Part shown: positions 1 to 8,873 of the stretch, in pieces
Numbering within the stretch: position 1 is the stretch's first letter
Layout: each line of letters starts with the position of its first letter
Assembly (NCBI GenBank): GCA_963657885.1
Contig: CAVKNZ010000001.1
Location: 55,203 to 119,202, forward strand
DNA length: 64,000 nt
Direction: 5' to 3'
Origin: Bacteroidaceae bacterium
Lineage (GTDB): Bacteria > Bacillota_I > Bacilli_A > RFN20 > CAG-826
The notes under the pieces: generated by a model
Database searches by the model: none
Seen by the model: only the letters and a program-made list of their open reading frames with translations
What the model was told of the DNA's origin: nothing
Position numbers and translations under genes: made by a program

Positions 1-148
1 GGGCATCGATGACCACAAATTATCAACAATTAAAGACGATGTATATTCAAAGAAAATATCACAAATTGAAAGAGTGGCATGTTTTCTGCGCTTGGTGCGA
101 ATCTTTGCCTCATTTCTTAGAATTAACTAACGCGAACAATTTATAAAT

Positions 149-1630
149 TTATTTATGGCGATGGATAAATGACATCGTCATTTTTTCTTTGCTAATTAGT
201 AGAAGCGTTAAATATACAATCACTGAAACGATAAACACGCCGGCAAGGACGATAAAATAAGATAAATCGATATAAACATTTTGGGTTAATTGATAAATCA
301 ATTTACTTCCAAAATAAGAAATAACGCCGATAATCACGCCGATAATAAGTATTTTTAAATTGTTTAAATTGAAAATCATCTTTTTAGAGTCTTCAAATGT
401 TAAAGCTATTAAGACAATCAAACATAAAGCATCGACAATCGAAGTGCCTAAGGCAACGCCGAAAGCTGGTGAATCTTTAAAGATAACTAGTGCGAATAAT
501 AGCGATAATAAAATGTTTGCGACGGCGCCACTAAGCATAACAAACAAGTAATATTTTTCTTTCTTCTTTTGGACGAGAATTTGAGTATAAATGATGTTTG
601 ACAAAGAGAAAGTAAGCATCAAAGGACATAAAGTGATTAAGACTTTACTTGCTTCATTATAACCATCTCCTCCACTTATTAAATATGTGATTGGATAAGC
701 TAATGTTGACATCATTGCGATGAAAGGTATAACAATTAAAAAGCAGATATTTGCGGAGTATTTATTTAGATTTGCATAGTTTTTCGTATCGTTTCTGCTT
801 AAATAATACGAGGCTCTAGGCATAAAAACGCTAGCTAAAGCAAGGATGATGCCGATGATAATATCGACTCCTTTCATGCCAACTGAATATGATCCAACAG
901 ATGATTTAGATTCATCAATTAAACCTAAAATGAAAGTATCTGTTTTACTATATATTGCAGTCGCAAGTGAGATAAAAAATAGAACTTTTAATATCGGGAA
1001 ATATTGTTTGAAATTATATGGTCCACTTTTTTTGAATTTAACAAGTTGAGGCAAATACACCAAGTTAGAAGCAACAGTAAATAAGGTTGTTAACGTTGTG
1101 ATAAATGTATATAAAGGAAGCCATTCTTTATATTTGATAGTTGCGAAGATGATAATATCGACTAAACCTAAAATAACAATTGAACGTATTGCTAGATAGG
1201 TGTGTTTTTCTAATGCGGTGAACACCCATTCAAAAGCAAAGACGCTGGCAAGGAAATTTAAGGAAATTAAAAAGATGATTGATTGGTTATCTCCTTCGTG
1301 AAGTGTCGGAATAGATAAAACTAATACAGTCATCAAAATGAAAGATAATAATGTCATTATTGCTTGCAGTATGAAGAATTCTTGAATTTTCATCGAAAGT
1401 TTTTCAGGATTATCTTTTACTTTCGTGCACTCTCTAACAGCAATATTTGGAATCGAAATTTTGGATAGAATTATAAAATAATATACAAATGATGTAGCCC
1501 AAGAAAATGTACCTAAGGCAGAGTCGCCAAGTATTCGGCAAACAAAAGGAAAAGTAATAAAGGACAATAAAGTCATTGCTATTGTACGAATTAAATTCAC
1601 AACAACATTAGCGTGTATATTACTTTTCAT
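149..1630 (-). CDS. Polysaccharide/oligosaccharide flippase of the MOP superfamily (Wzx-like); about 14 predicted TM helices
   Basis: 493 aa, uniformly hydrophobic with periodic TM segments. The N-terminal region (NVVVNLIRTIAMTLLSFITFPFVCRILGDSALGTFSW) is typical of Wzx/polysaccharide biosynthesis proteins. Sits next to two glycosyltransferases. Confidence 0.6.
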   Translation of the reverse strand: MKSNIHANVVVNLIRTIAMTLLSFITFPFVCRILGDSALGTFSWATSFVYYFIILSKISIPNIAVRECTKVKDNPEKLSMKIQEFFILQAIMTLLSFILMTVLVLSIPTLHEGDNQSIIFLISLNFLASVFAFEWVFTALEKHTYLAIRSIVILGLVDIIIFATIKYKEWLPLYTFITTLTTLFTVASNLVYLPQLVKFKKSGPYNFKQYFPILKVLFFISLATAIYSKTDTFILGLIDESKSSVGSYSVGMKGVDIIIGIILALASVFMPRASYYLSRNDTKNYANLNKYSANICFLIVIPFIAMMSTLAYPITYLISGGDGYNEASKVLITLCPLMLTFSLSNIIYTQILVQKKKEKYYLFVMLSGAVANILLSLLFALVIFKDSPAFGVALGTSIVDALCLIVLIALTFEDSKKMIFNLNNLKILIIGVIIGVISYFGSKLIYQLTQNVYIDLSYFIVLAGVFIVSVIVYLTLLLISKEKMTMSFIHRHK

Positions 1631-1712
1631 ATCTTTTTAAGTATAAACAATAACCTTTAAAAGTTAAGAAACTTTCTTAAAGATTTCTTAATGAAATTAT
1701 ATAATATGTGTA

Positions 1713-2906
1713 ATGCGAATCTTGCTTGTTTGTCAGTATTACTACCCTGAAAGATTCTCTTTGGTTGATATTGCTGAAGAGTTAGTTAGACGTGGACATA
1801 AAGTAACTGTTGTAACTGGCAAACCTAATTATGGTTTAAGAAAAATACTCCCTGAATATAAGAAAATTAAATATGAAATCATCAATGGAGTTGAAGTTTT
1901 TCGTGTCAAAATATATCCGCGAAAATATTCGAAAACATCGATATATTTAAATTACTTATCGTATTATTTCTCTGCGAAAAGATTTGTTAGGAGCTTTAAA
2001 CAAGAATTTGATATCGTCTTATCTTTTTCAATGTCACCGGTTATTGAAATTGCTCCAGCAATCGTCTATGCGAAAAAGCATAAAATAAAACATGTTCTTT
2101 TCTGTGAAGATCTTTGGCCTGAGTCGACAGTTATCACTCACGCCGTTAAATACAATTCTTTGATTTATAAAATTTTGTTTGCTTGGAGCAAGTCGCTATA
2201 TAAAAAATGCGATGAAATAGTTGTTTCCTCGCCTTCTTTTATTGACTATTTCCATAATGTTTTAGGCCTTAAAGATAAGAAATATGTCTATATTAATCAA
2301 CCTATCTTAGTAAGTAAAAGTCATTCTTTAGAGCCAATTATGTATAAGCATAAATACAATTTTGTTTATGCTGGCAACATCGGAAAAATTCAATTAACTG
2401 ATAATCTTGTTAAGGCGATTGATTTATTAAATAGTGAGGATGCGTGTCTTCATTTAATGGGAATGGGCAGTGAACTTGATAACATTTTAAAATTAATCGA
2501 TGAACTTAAATTGAATGATAAAGTTATCTATCACGGAGCTTTGCCAATTGAACAAGCAGAAAATTATTATGCGAACGCTGATGCTTTAATTGTTTCACTT
2601 AAAGGTGAAGGCTATGTTGGTAAAACTATACCAAATAAAGCAATTCAATATATGAAATATTCTAAACCTTTAATTGGCGTCATAAAGGGCGACGGAAAAG
2701 AACTACTATTAAAGGCAAACGGCACTTTATTTTCGGAAGAAAACCCTGATGATATCGCGAAAACTTTTGAAAAATTTATTAGCTTAAGTGAAGAAGAAAA
2801 AGCTAAATTAGGAAAAAATAATTTCACTTATTTTAACGAAAATCTAACAAGTGAAAAACTTGTCGCTTTGTTAGAAGAAGAATTGCTTAAAAACATTAAT
2901 CATTAA
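1713..2906 (+). CDS. Glycosyltransferase family 4 (GT-B fold, WcaI/RfaB-like)
   Basis: 397 aa. N-terminus MRILLVCQYYYPERFSLVDIAEELVRRGHKVTVVTGKPNY is the classic GT4 N-terminal domain. C-terminal region resembles the EX7E region (LIVSLKGEGYVGKTIPNKAIQYM). Confidence 0.75.
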   Translation: MRILLVCQYYYPERFSLVDIAEELVRRGHKVTVVTGKPNYGLRKILPEYKKIKYEIINGVEVFRVKIYPRKYSKTSIYLNYLSYYFSAKRFVRSFKQEFDIVLSFSMSPVIEIAPAIVYAKKHKIKHVLFCEDLWPESTVITHAVKYNSLIYKILFAWSKSLYKKCDEIVVSSPSFIDYFHNVLGLKDKKYVYINQPILVSKSHSLEPIMYKHKYNFVYAGNIGKIQLTDNLVKAIDLLNSEDACLHLMGMGSELDNILKLIDELKLNDKVIYHGALPIEQAENYYANADALIVSLKGEGYVGKTIPNKAIQYMKYSKPLIGVIKGDGKELLLKANGTLFSEENPDDIAKTFEKFISLSEEEKAKLGKNNFTYFNENLTSEKLVALLEEELLKNINH

Positions 2907-3981
2907 GCAACACTTTTTTATGTGCTTCAACCATCTTCTCAATGGTGTTTTCTTTTGCTACTTTTATTGCCTCTTGTTTGTCTAATGCTAAAACATCATT
3001 AAGAGCTTTATTTAATACACCCTTATCTAATGAATTAATGATAAAACCATTTTTATTTTCTTTAATTAATTTTCTTGCGGCGTTTACATTTGGAAGAGAT
3101 ATAACATTTAAGCCTTGTGACATTGCTTCATTGATAACATGGCCATAGATGTCTTCCGCACTTGGGAAGATAAAAGCATCGGATATTCTATAATATTCAA
3201 ATAATTTTTCTCTAGATAAAAAACCAAGTAATTTTATATTTTTAATGGCGTTTTGCCTCAAATAACGTTTAATTTTCTTTTCTTCTTTTCCGATTCCAGC
3301 GATTAATAGGAGTTTATTTTCATCACTAGGCCAATTCTTAATTAGATTGAAATAATTCTTTCTTTTTATAAGTTGACCGCATGAAATGTAGACATATTTT
3401 GATGCGATATTTAATTCTTTCTTTTGTTTTGCTATCTCATCCTGTGTTAGAAGATTTTTGACAATTTCATTTTCATATATTGTCGAGTAGGGGTAAGAAT
3501 AAATCCGAGATTTATCCGCGCCATAATAAACTAAATATTCATCTGAACGTTCATCAGGCGAAAAATAAAAACTAGCATGCGAAATATATTTTCGCTTTAA
3601 ATGTCTTCTAATCGGATTTTCTTTAGTTTTAATGATGCCTCCATTGATATAAAGACAATATGGAATGTTTTTTCTTATTAGATAATTTATTGCCTTCATC
3701 TCTGAGAATTGTGAATAGCCATTCATGATGATGAGGTCGTATTTATTGTTTTGAATGTGTTTACGGACATCGTTCGAGATGATGTTTTCTTTTCCGATAG
3801 CTATACCTTTAATCTTTATTGTTTTAAACAAATATGAATGTTCAAAATAGAAAGATTTGTTTCTATCGCTATTTTTATCTCGTTCAAAAATGACGTTAAG
3901 GTCGACAAATTTGGATAATTCATTTAAGAAACGCACTTTGTATGGCGCGGGATGATTAAAGACGAACAAAATTTTTTTCAT
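2896..3981 (-). CDS. Glycosyltransferase family 4 (GT-B fold)
   Basis: 361 aa. MKKILFVFNHPAPYKVRF at the N-terminus and the C-terminal motif FIFPSAEDIYGHVINEAMSQGLNVIS are typical of group-1 glycosyltransferases. Overlaps the upstream GT4 convergently by 11 nt. Confidence 0.75.
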   Translation of the reverse strand: MKKILFVFNHPAPYKVRFLNELSKFVDLNVIFERDKNSDRNKSFYFEHSYLFKTIKIKGIAIGKENIISNDVRKHIQNNKYDLIIMNGYSQFSEMKAINYLIRKNIPYCLYINGGIIKTKENPIRRHLKRKYISHASFYFSPDERSDEYLVYYGADKSRIYSYPYSTIYENEIVKNLLTQDEIAKQKKELNIASKYVYISCGQLIKRKNYFNLIKNWPSDENKLLLIAGIGKEEKKIKRYLRQNAIKNIKLLGFLSREKLFEYYRISDAFIFPSAEDIYGHVINEAMSQGLNVISLPNVNAARKLIKENKNGFIINSLDKGVLNKALNDVLALDKQEAIKVAKENTIEKMVEAHKKVLLND

Positions 3982-4053
3982 TGCTATTATTTTACTACAT
4001 ATTAATTTAGTAATAAGCAGTTCATTTAATAGTTCGTTATAATTAATTAAGTT

Positions 4054-4716
4054 ATGGATAAGTCGTGGCTAGCTTTCTTTGAAAGCATTAAAAATAAGAC
4101 ATATTATCAAACGCTTATTTCTTTTTTGAATGACGAATATTCTACAAAGATAATCTATCCTCCTAAAGAATTGTTGTTTAACGCTTTTGAATTAACGCCA
4201 GTAAATGAAATTAAAGTGGTCATTTTAGGTCAAGATCCTTATCATAACGAAAATCAAGCTATGGGATTATCGTTTTCAGTTCCTAAAGGTGAGCCTTTAC
4301 CGCCTTCTTTAAGAAATATTTTTAAAGAATTAGAAAATGATTTATCAATAACAATGTCTAATAACGGAGACTTAACATATTTAGCTAAACAGGGTGTATT
4401 TTTAATCAATGCATATTTAACTGTCGAGGAGCATAAACCTCTGTCGCATAAAAGAGAAGAATATGACTTGCTGATGGCTGATTTATTTAAATATTTAAAC
4501 GATTTAAAGCAACCGATTGTCTTTATGCTCTGGGGTGGTTTTGCTAAAAAGTATAGAAAATATCTAAATAATCCTAACCATCTAATTTTAATGAGCAATC
4601 ATCCTTCACCATTAAGCGCTAATCGAGGAGGTTGGTTTGATATGCATCAGTTTTCCACTTGCAATGCCTTTTTAGTTAGCCATCATCTTTCTTCTATTGA
4701 TTGGAAAAATAACTAA
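4054..4716 (+). CDS. ung: Uracil-DNA glycosylase (family 1 UDG)
   Basis: 220 aa. Carries the water-activating motif VILGQDPYHNENQAMGLSFSV and the C-terminal HPSPLSA leucine-loop motif, both diagnostic of Ung. Confidence 0.95.
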   Translation: MDKSWLAFFESIKNKTYYQTLISFLNDEYSTKIIYPPKELLFNAFELTPVNEIKVVILGQDPYHNENQAMGLSFSVPKGEPLPPSLRNIFKELENDLSITMSNNGDLTYLAKQGVFLINAYLTVEEHKPLSHKREEYDLLMADLFKYLNDLKQPIVFMLWGGFAKKYRKYLNNPNHLILMSNHPSPLSANRGGWFDMHQFSTCNAFLVSHHLSSIDWKNN

Positions 4717-4732
4717 TCTTATAATAATTGCA

Positions 4733-4846
4733 ACCGGAGCTTCATTGTTGAGGCTGAGAGGAATCTAATCGAGGATTCGACGGGACCTGATCCAGATAAT
4801 GCTGGCGGAGGTAATGTTTTTTCCTCCGAGGTAGGAGGACTTTTTT
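4733..4846 (+). promoter_or_regulatory. TPP (thiamine pyrophosphate) riboswitch (THI element) with an SD-sequestering expression platform
   Basis: Thi-box core seen directly: CTGAGA at 4754-4759 and ACCTGATCCAGATAATGCTGGCG at 4785-4807, matching the conserved TPP aptamer segments. Downstream, CGGAGG (4806-4811), CCTCCG (4823-4828) and TAGGAGGA (SD, 4832-4839) can form mutually exclusive hairpins. ATG of the downstream transporter is at 4847. Confidence 0.8.
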
Positions 4847-5848
4847 ATGAAAAAAATAGAAAAAGGAAAATGGTGTTTGTTTATTCCTTTGATTTGCTCG
4901 GTTGCGGTGATTTTGTCGCTTTTAGGGGTCGATATAATCTACAAAATAAAGGTTGATGAAGAATCAATTAAAACTGCTATTCATCTGTGGGATTTGTTTA
5001 ACTCCAGCTTAACTCCTTTATGGCCAATTATTGTCATTATTTCATCTATATCGCTTGGAGGTTTGCTCCCTTTGCTTTATTTAATTAGGAAGCTTGAAAA
5101 AAGCGAAAATATCTCAATTGTTTCAACTTTCCTTTTCCTAACTGGCTTATTATTTTTAATTGCGTATAAAGAACTTTTTGCCTATTTTGGCGACTCTTTA
5201 ATTGAAAATTTTAAATCCGCGGATATGGGTTATGGCATTGCTTTAGCTATTATGTTTACTTCCTTAGGTGCGATTAGCTCCTTGTTTATTTCTCCAAAGA
5301 AATATGGAGACAATGTAAAAGCGATAACGGAAGATGCAATGCTAATTGCCCTTGCCTTTGTTTTAAGTTTTGTAAAAATTCCTATCGGTTCAACAGGCGG
5401 ATCAATAAACCTTCAAATGCTTCCATTATTTATCATCGCTTTAAGGCGCGGACCATTGCATTGCTTTATTTCCAGCGGAATTATTTATGGTTTACTAGCT
5501 TGTTTAGTCGATGGTTATGGCTTTGCTACTTATCCATTTGACTATTTACTCGGCTTTGGCTCGGCAGCAATTTTGGGCTTTTTTAGGCCTCTTATTTTAA
5601 ACGAGAAAGAAAATTACGCTTATCGACTCTGCTTTATCTTTTTAGGCTGCTTATTAGCAACCTTGCTTAGATTTATTTCATCCACAGTTTCATCAGTAGT
5701 TATCTATGAATACGCCTTTGTTGCTGCCCTAGCTTATAACGCTGTTTACATTCCAGTTTCTGGAGCGGTTTCAATTGCTGTATTGATGATATTTTTTAAA
5801 CCTTTTACCTATATCAATAGACAGTATCCGGTTGGCGAGGATAAATAG
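4847..5848 (+). CDS. thiT: Thiamine ECF-transporter substrate-capture (S) component, ThiT-like C-terminal half, with an N-terminal membrane extension of about 150 aa
   Basis: 333 aa polytopic membrane protein directly downstream of the TPP riboswitch. Residues about 160-333 (EDAMLIALAFVLSFVKIPIGSTGG ... LPLFIIALRRGPLHCFISSGIIYGLLACL) resemble ThiT/ECF S-components. The N-terminal part has 3-4 extra TM helices. Confidence 0.55.
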   Translation: MKKIEKGKWCLFIPLICSVAVILSLLGVDIIYKIKVDEESIKTAIHLWDLFNSSLTPLWPIIVIISSISLGGLLPLLYLIRKLEKSENISIVSTFLFLTGLLFLIAYKELFAYFGDSLIENFKSADMGYGIALAIMFTSLGAISSLFISPKKYGDNVKAITEDAMLIALAFVLSFVKIPIGSTGGSINLQMLPLFIIALRRGPLHCFISSGIIYGLLACLVDGYGFATYPFDYLLGFGSAAILGFFRPLILNEKENYAYRLCFIFLGCLLATLLRFISSTVSSVVIYEYAFVAALAYNAVYIPVSGAVSIAVLMIFFKPFTYINRQYPVGEDK

Positions 5849-5903
5849 TTTTTATTCATTTCCTTATTAGATTGATTTGTGTTATATTCCTATAAGGAAT
5901 TAA

Positions 5904-6953
5904 ATGATGAAAAAGAATAACGAAAACCTTACTGAAGAAAACAAAAATAAAGAAGTAGTCTCTGATACTGATAACGCTCAAGCTGAGATAGTTAAAGAGG
6001 AAAAATCAGAACCACTTCATGAAAAAACTGTAGAATCATTCGAATATAGCGATGATTCTTTAAAACAAATCGAAGAAGATAGAAAAGTATTTTTAGCTAA
6101 CTACAAAAAGCAAAATATCTTTAAATGGATTGTCGGTATCATTTGCTTAGCAATTGTTGTTACAACTTGGATTTTAGTTCCAAATCTTGGCACGAATGAT
6201 GGCGTAAGAGCGGATTGGGTGATGCCTATTATGATTACAGTCATCGCTTTATGCTTGCTTGCCACTTTCACTTATAGTGTTTTGCTTAAAAAGAGTTTAA
6301 ATAAAAAGACTCGAAGTTACTTTGATGCTTATTATGAAAATATGAACAAATATGTTTTTGAAGACAGCTCTTATAGCGATGTCACGCTTCAAAAACCAGG
6401 AAAAATTGCTCCAGTAGAATTTACCGAAAATCAAATTTATCGCGATGTTATCGATGTCGGTTCTCGCGGTCTTACTGAATTTAAATACCATGATTCACTC
6501 ATGATGATTGTTGAAGCAGCCGCACAGGTAAAAACTGATAAAAGAATGACGCCTGTATTTGTTGGTAAATATTTAGTCGGACCGTCTTCTTATACTGAAG
6601 AAGAGCCAATTATTATTTACATTAAAGGTGATAAAAGAGCATTACCTCCAACAAATGTTGATGCGTTAAAAAACGTTTACGATGAAAATGATGTTTTGAT
6701 TTACTCCAACAATAGCAATTGGAAGAAGGCAGTTTCTACAAAAGCATTGAATAAAATTAAAAAAGTTAAAACTGGCGGACAATTAGTTGACGTCGCTATT
6801 TCTTTGATAAGCGGCAAAACATATGTCTGTTTAGGGTATGATGATCCAACAATGGTTCTTCCTCTTGAACACGCCTTTGATCCATCACCAATGATGGAAT
6901 TTAAAGAAGATTTGTTGGAATTTTGCCAGATAATCGAGGCATTAAACAAATGA
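5904..6953 (+). CDS. Hypothetical membrane protein: acidic N-terminal tail, two TM helices, C-terminal domain of about 220 aa
   Basis: 349 aa ORF with SD AAGGA 6 nt upstream. TM pair at about residues 75-125. No recognisable catalytic motif. Stop overlaps the start of the downstream DUF402 gene (ATGA). Confidence 0.45.
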   Translation: MMKKNNENLTEENKNKEVVSDTDNAQAEIVKEEKSEPLHEKTVESFEYSDDSLKQIEEDRKVFLANYKKQNIFKWIVGIICLAIVVTTWILVPNLGTNDGVRADWVMPIMITVIALCLLATFTYSVLLKKSLNKKTRSYFDAYYENMNKYVFEDSSYSDVTLQKPGKIAPVEFTENQIYRDVIDVGSRGLTEFKYHDSLMMIVEAAAQVKTDKRMTPVFVGKYLVGPSSYTEEEPIIIYIKGDKRALPPTNVDALKNVYDENDVLIYSNNSNWKKAVSTKALNKIKKVKTGGQLVDVAISLISGKTYVCLGYDDPTMVLPLEHAFDPSPMMEFKEDLLEFCQIIEALNK

Positions 6954-7477
6954 ATTCGCTAAGAAATCAATGGATAATTGTCCAAGCTTATAAGCATAAT
7001 GGTGAACTTCATCGACAATGGAGTCACTCATTAGTCGTGGAAGATAATTCTGATTATTTTGTCGCTGTCTCTATTCGTTCATCTGTTACCGAAAGCGATG
7101 GTAGAAAATGGCACACTAAAGAGCCTGCAGTTTTTATAATGTCTAAAAAAGAATGGTTCAATGTTATTGCGATGATAAAAGAAGACGGCGTTTGTTTCTA
7201 TGTAAATATTGCGTCGCCAACAATTTATGACAAGGGATTTTTAAAATATATCGACTATGATCTCGATGTTAAATTGTATGTCGATGGCTCAACAAGACTT
7301 CTTGATGTAAGCGAATATCATCGCCATGCGAAAGAGCAACATTATCCTGATGATATAAGACATATTTTGACAAAAACTGTCGAAAAAATGTATGTTTTAA
7401 TGAACGAAAAAAAATATCCATTCGACGCGAATGCAGTCGATAGATATTTAAAAGAATTTAAGAAAATTGTTAGTTGA
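6950..7477 (+). CDS. DUF402-family protein (YgaC/FomD-like putative nucleoside di/triphosphate hydrolase)
   Basis: ATG at 6950 (MNSLRNQW...) is preferred over the TTG at 6923 given in the ORF track. About 175 aa. The pattern (QAYKHNGELHRQWSHSLVVED...YVNIASP...IDYDLDVKLYVDGSTRLLDVSEYHRHAKEQHYPDD) is typical of Firmicute DUF402 proteins. Confidence 0.55.
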   Translation: MNSLRNQWIIVQAYKHNGELHRQWSHSLVVEDNSDYFVAVSIRSSVTESDGRKWHTKEPAVFIMSKKEWFNVIAMIKEDGVCFYVNIASPTIYDKGFLKYIDYDLDVKLYVDGSTRLLDVSEYHRHAKEQHYPDDIRHILTKTVEKMYVLMNEKKYPFDANAVDRYLKEFKKIVS

Positions 7478-8348
7478 TTTGTTTTAAAACAGCATCGACT
7501 TCTTTATTGCCAGGCATTATGCGTCTTTTCTTGTTTTCATAGACTGATGCATCGCCAACAACAAAGATATTTTTACTGCTTTGATAATTCTTATCTACTT
7601 TAAAGAAGCCATTTTCTTTTTCTAAATTAAAATCATAAGAAGATACAATGTTACCGTAGTTAACTAAAATATAGTCGACATTTATATTTAGATATTCTTC
7701 TTCATTGACTTTTTGAATTGTTAATACTTTCGCTTCGTTATTTTTTACTTTTAATTTATAAGGAACGTATGGCGTTAAAACTTCAATGTAAGATAGAACG
7801 TCTTTTAACGTATCAAAATTCCCTCTGAATTCTCTACGTCGATGAATTAAATATACTTTCTTAGCTAATTTTGCGAGTTCTTTTGCCCAATCGATAGCGG
7901 AATCTCCTCCACCTAAAATAGCGATATTTTTATCTTTTAAGAATGAATAATCACCTAGATGATACAAAATGTTTTTGCATTCATCAGCGTGCTCAATATC
8001 CAATTTCCTTGGTGTAGAAAAGCCTAGTCCTGTAGCGATGAGTAAATATTGACATTGGTATGTGTCTTTGTCTGTCTTTACTTCGATACATTCATTGTTT
8101 TCCACTGATATCACTGTTTCATTTAAGCGAACATTTTCCATTTTTATTTGCTTAACTAAATAAGCAATATAGTCTTTTGCTTTTATTTCTTTGAATAAAT
8201 CTATGTCTACGATTTCTTTTTCGGGATATAGACGAGTTAATTGTCCACCTAAGCAATTATTAGCGTCGATAAGTAGATAATCATCGAGTTTGCTCGCGGC
8301 GTATAATCCGATAGGTCCGCCACCAATAATTATTACTTTCTTTTTCAT
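7470..8348 (-). CDS. FAD/NAD(P)-binding oxidoreductase with a thioredoxin-reductase-like fold and no CxxC redox motif (ferredoxin-NADP reductase type 2 / YumC-like)
   Basis: 292 aa. N-terminal FAD dinucleotide motif VIIIGGGPIGLYAA, a second Rossmann motif IAILGGGDSAIDWA and a C-terminal GDASVY. No CxxC disulfide. Confidence 0.65.
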   Translation of the reverse strand: MKKKVIIIGGGPIGLYAASKLDDYLLIDANNCLGGQLTRLYPEKEIVDIDLFKEIKAKDYIAYLVKQIKMENVRLNETVISVENNECIEVKTDKDTYQCQYLLIATGLGFSTPRKLDIEHADECKNILYHLGDYSFLKDKNIAILGGGDSAIDWAKELAKLAKKVYLIHRRREFRGNFDTLKDVLSYIEVLTPYVPYKLKVKNNEAKVLTIQKVNEEEYLNINVDYILVNYGNIVSSYDFNLEKENGFFKVDKNYQSSKNIFVVGDASVYENKKRRIMPGNKEVDAVLKQIN

Positions 8349-8393
8349 CTTAATAAAAGTATAACAAAGTTATATAATTAACAAGCCGTAATT

Positions 8394-8873
8394 ATGAATA
8401 GTTTTACTCTTATCACCAATTCCGCTTACGAAACGCAGAAACTAGCTGCCGATTTATCGCATTTTTTTTCTATTGGTGACGTCATTTTGTTAGAAGGTGA
8501 TTTAGGCGCGGGTAAAACGACTTTTGTTGGAGGCTTTTTAAAAGAGTTGGGCTATTCAGGACACGTTATTTCTCCAACTTTTAACATTTTAAAATGCTAT
8601 TTCGAAGTTAATCCTCATGTCTATCACATTGATGCTTACCGCTTAGAAGATTCTAAGCAAGATTTAGGCTTAGAAGAATTCATTGAAGGCGACGGCATAA
8701 CGCTCATCGAATGGCCTATATTTATAAAAGATTTGATTCCAGCGAAACATTTAAATATTGCCTTATATCGAATTGATGACAATAAGCGAAAAATTGTCAT
8801 CTCAAGCGACGATGGTTTTTATAAAAATATTTTTGGCTTCTTAAAGGAAAATTATGTATCAGTTGCTTCTTGA
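8394..8873 (+). CDS. tsaE: tRNA threonylcarbamoyladenosine (t6A) biosynthesis protein TsaE (YjeE ATPase)
   Basis: 159 aa with Walker A LEGDLGAGKTTFV. First gene of a tsaE-tsaB-rimI-tsaD cluster with overlapping reading frames. Confidence 0.85.
   Translation: MNSFTLITNSAYETQKLAADLSHFFSIGDVILLEGDLGAGKTTFVGGFLKELGYSGHVISPTFNILKCYFEVNPHVYHIDAYRLEDSKQDLGLEEFIEGDGITLIEWPIFIKDLIPAKHLNIALYRIDDNKRKIVISSDDGFYKNIFGFLKENYVSVAS

Noticed and set aside
1-148. Partial gene at the window start
   Set aside because: No reading frame of useful length or recognisable motif in either strand. Left unannotated.
360-1049. Small ORFs 360-551(+) and 846-1049(+). Similar nested ORFs occur at 2645-2827, 2942-3148, 4254-4598, 6297-6491, 6701-6949, 9706-9921, 10513-10782, 11241-11830, 12087-12284, 13136-13402 and 13709-13900. 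Further nested ORFs occur at 17097-17306, 18850-19096, 20288-20782, 21549-21773, 22925-23170, 26703-26936, 27306-27494, 28602-28799, 30384-31162, 33930-34154, 38826-39140, 39688-40187 and 40501-40692. The last group is 42723-42914, 44160-44351, 45494-45742, 46752-46952, 51820-52017, 52979-53194, 53702-53896, 54985-55173, 55370-55579, 56327-56554 and 62105-62431.
   Set aside because: All lie fully inside, or antisense to, longer ORFs with clear homology-type motifs. They have low-complexity or odd composition and no SD. They were treated as spurious shadow ORFs.
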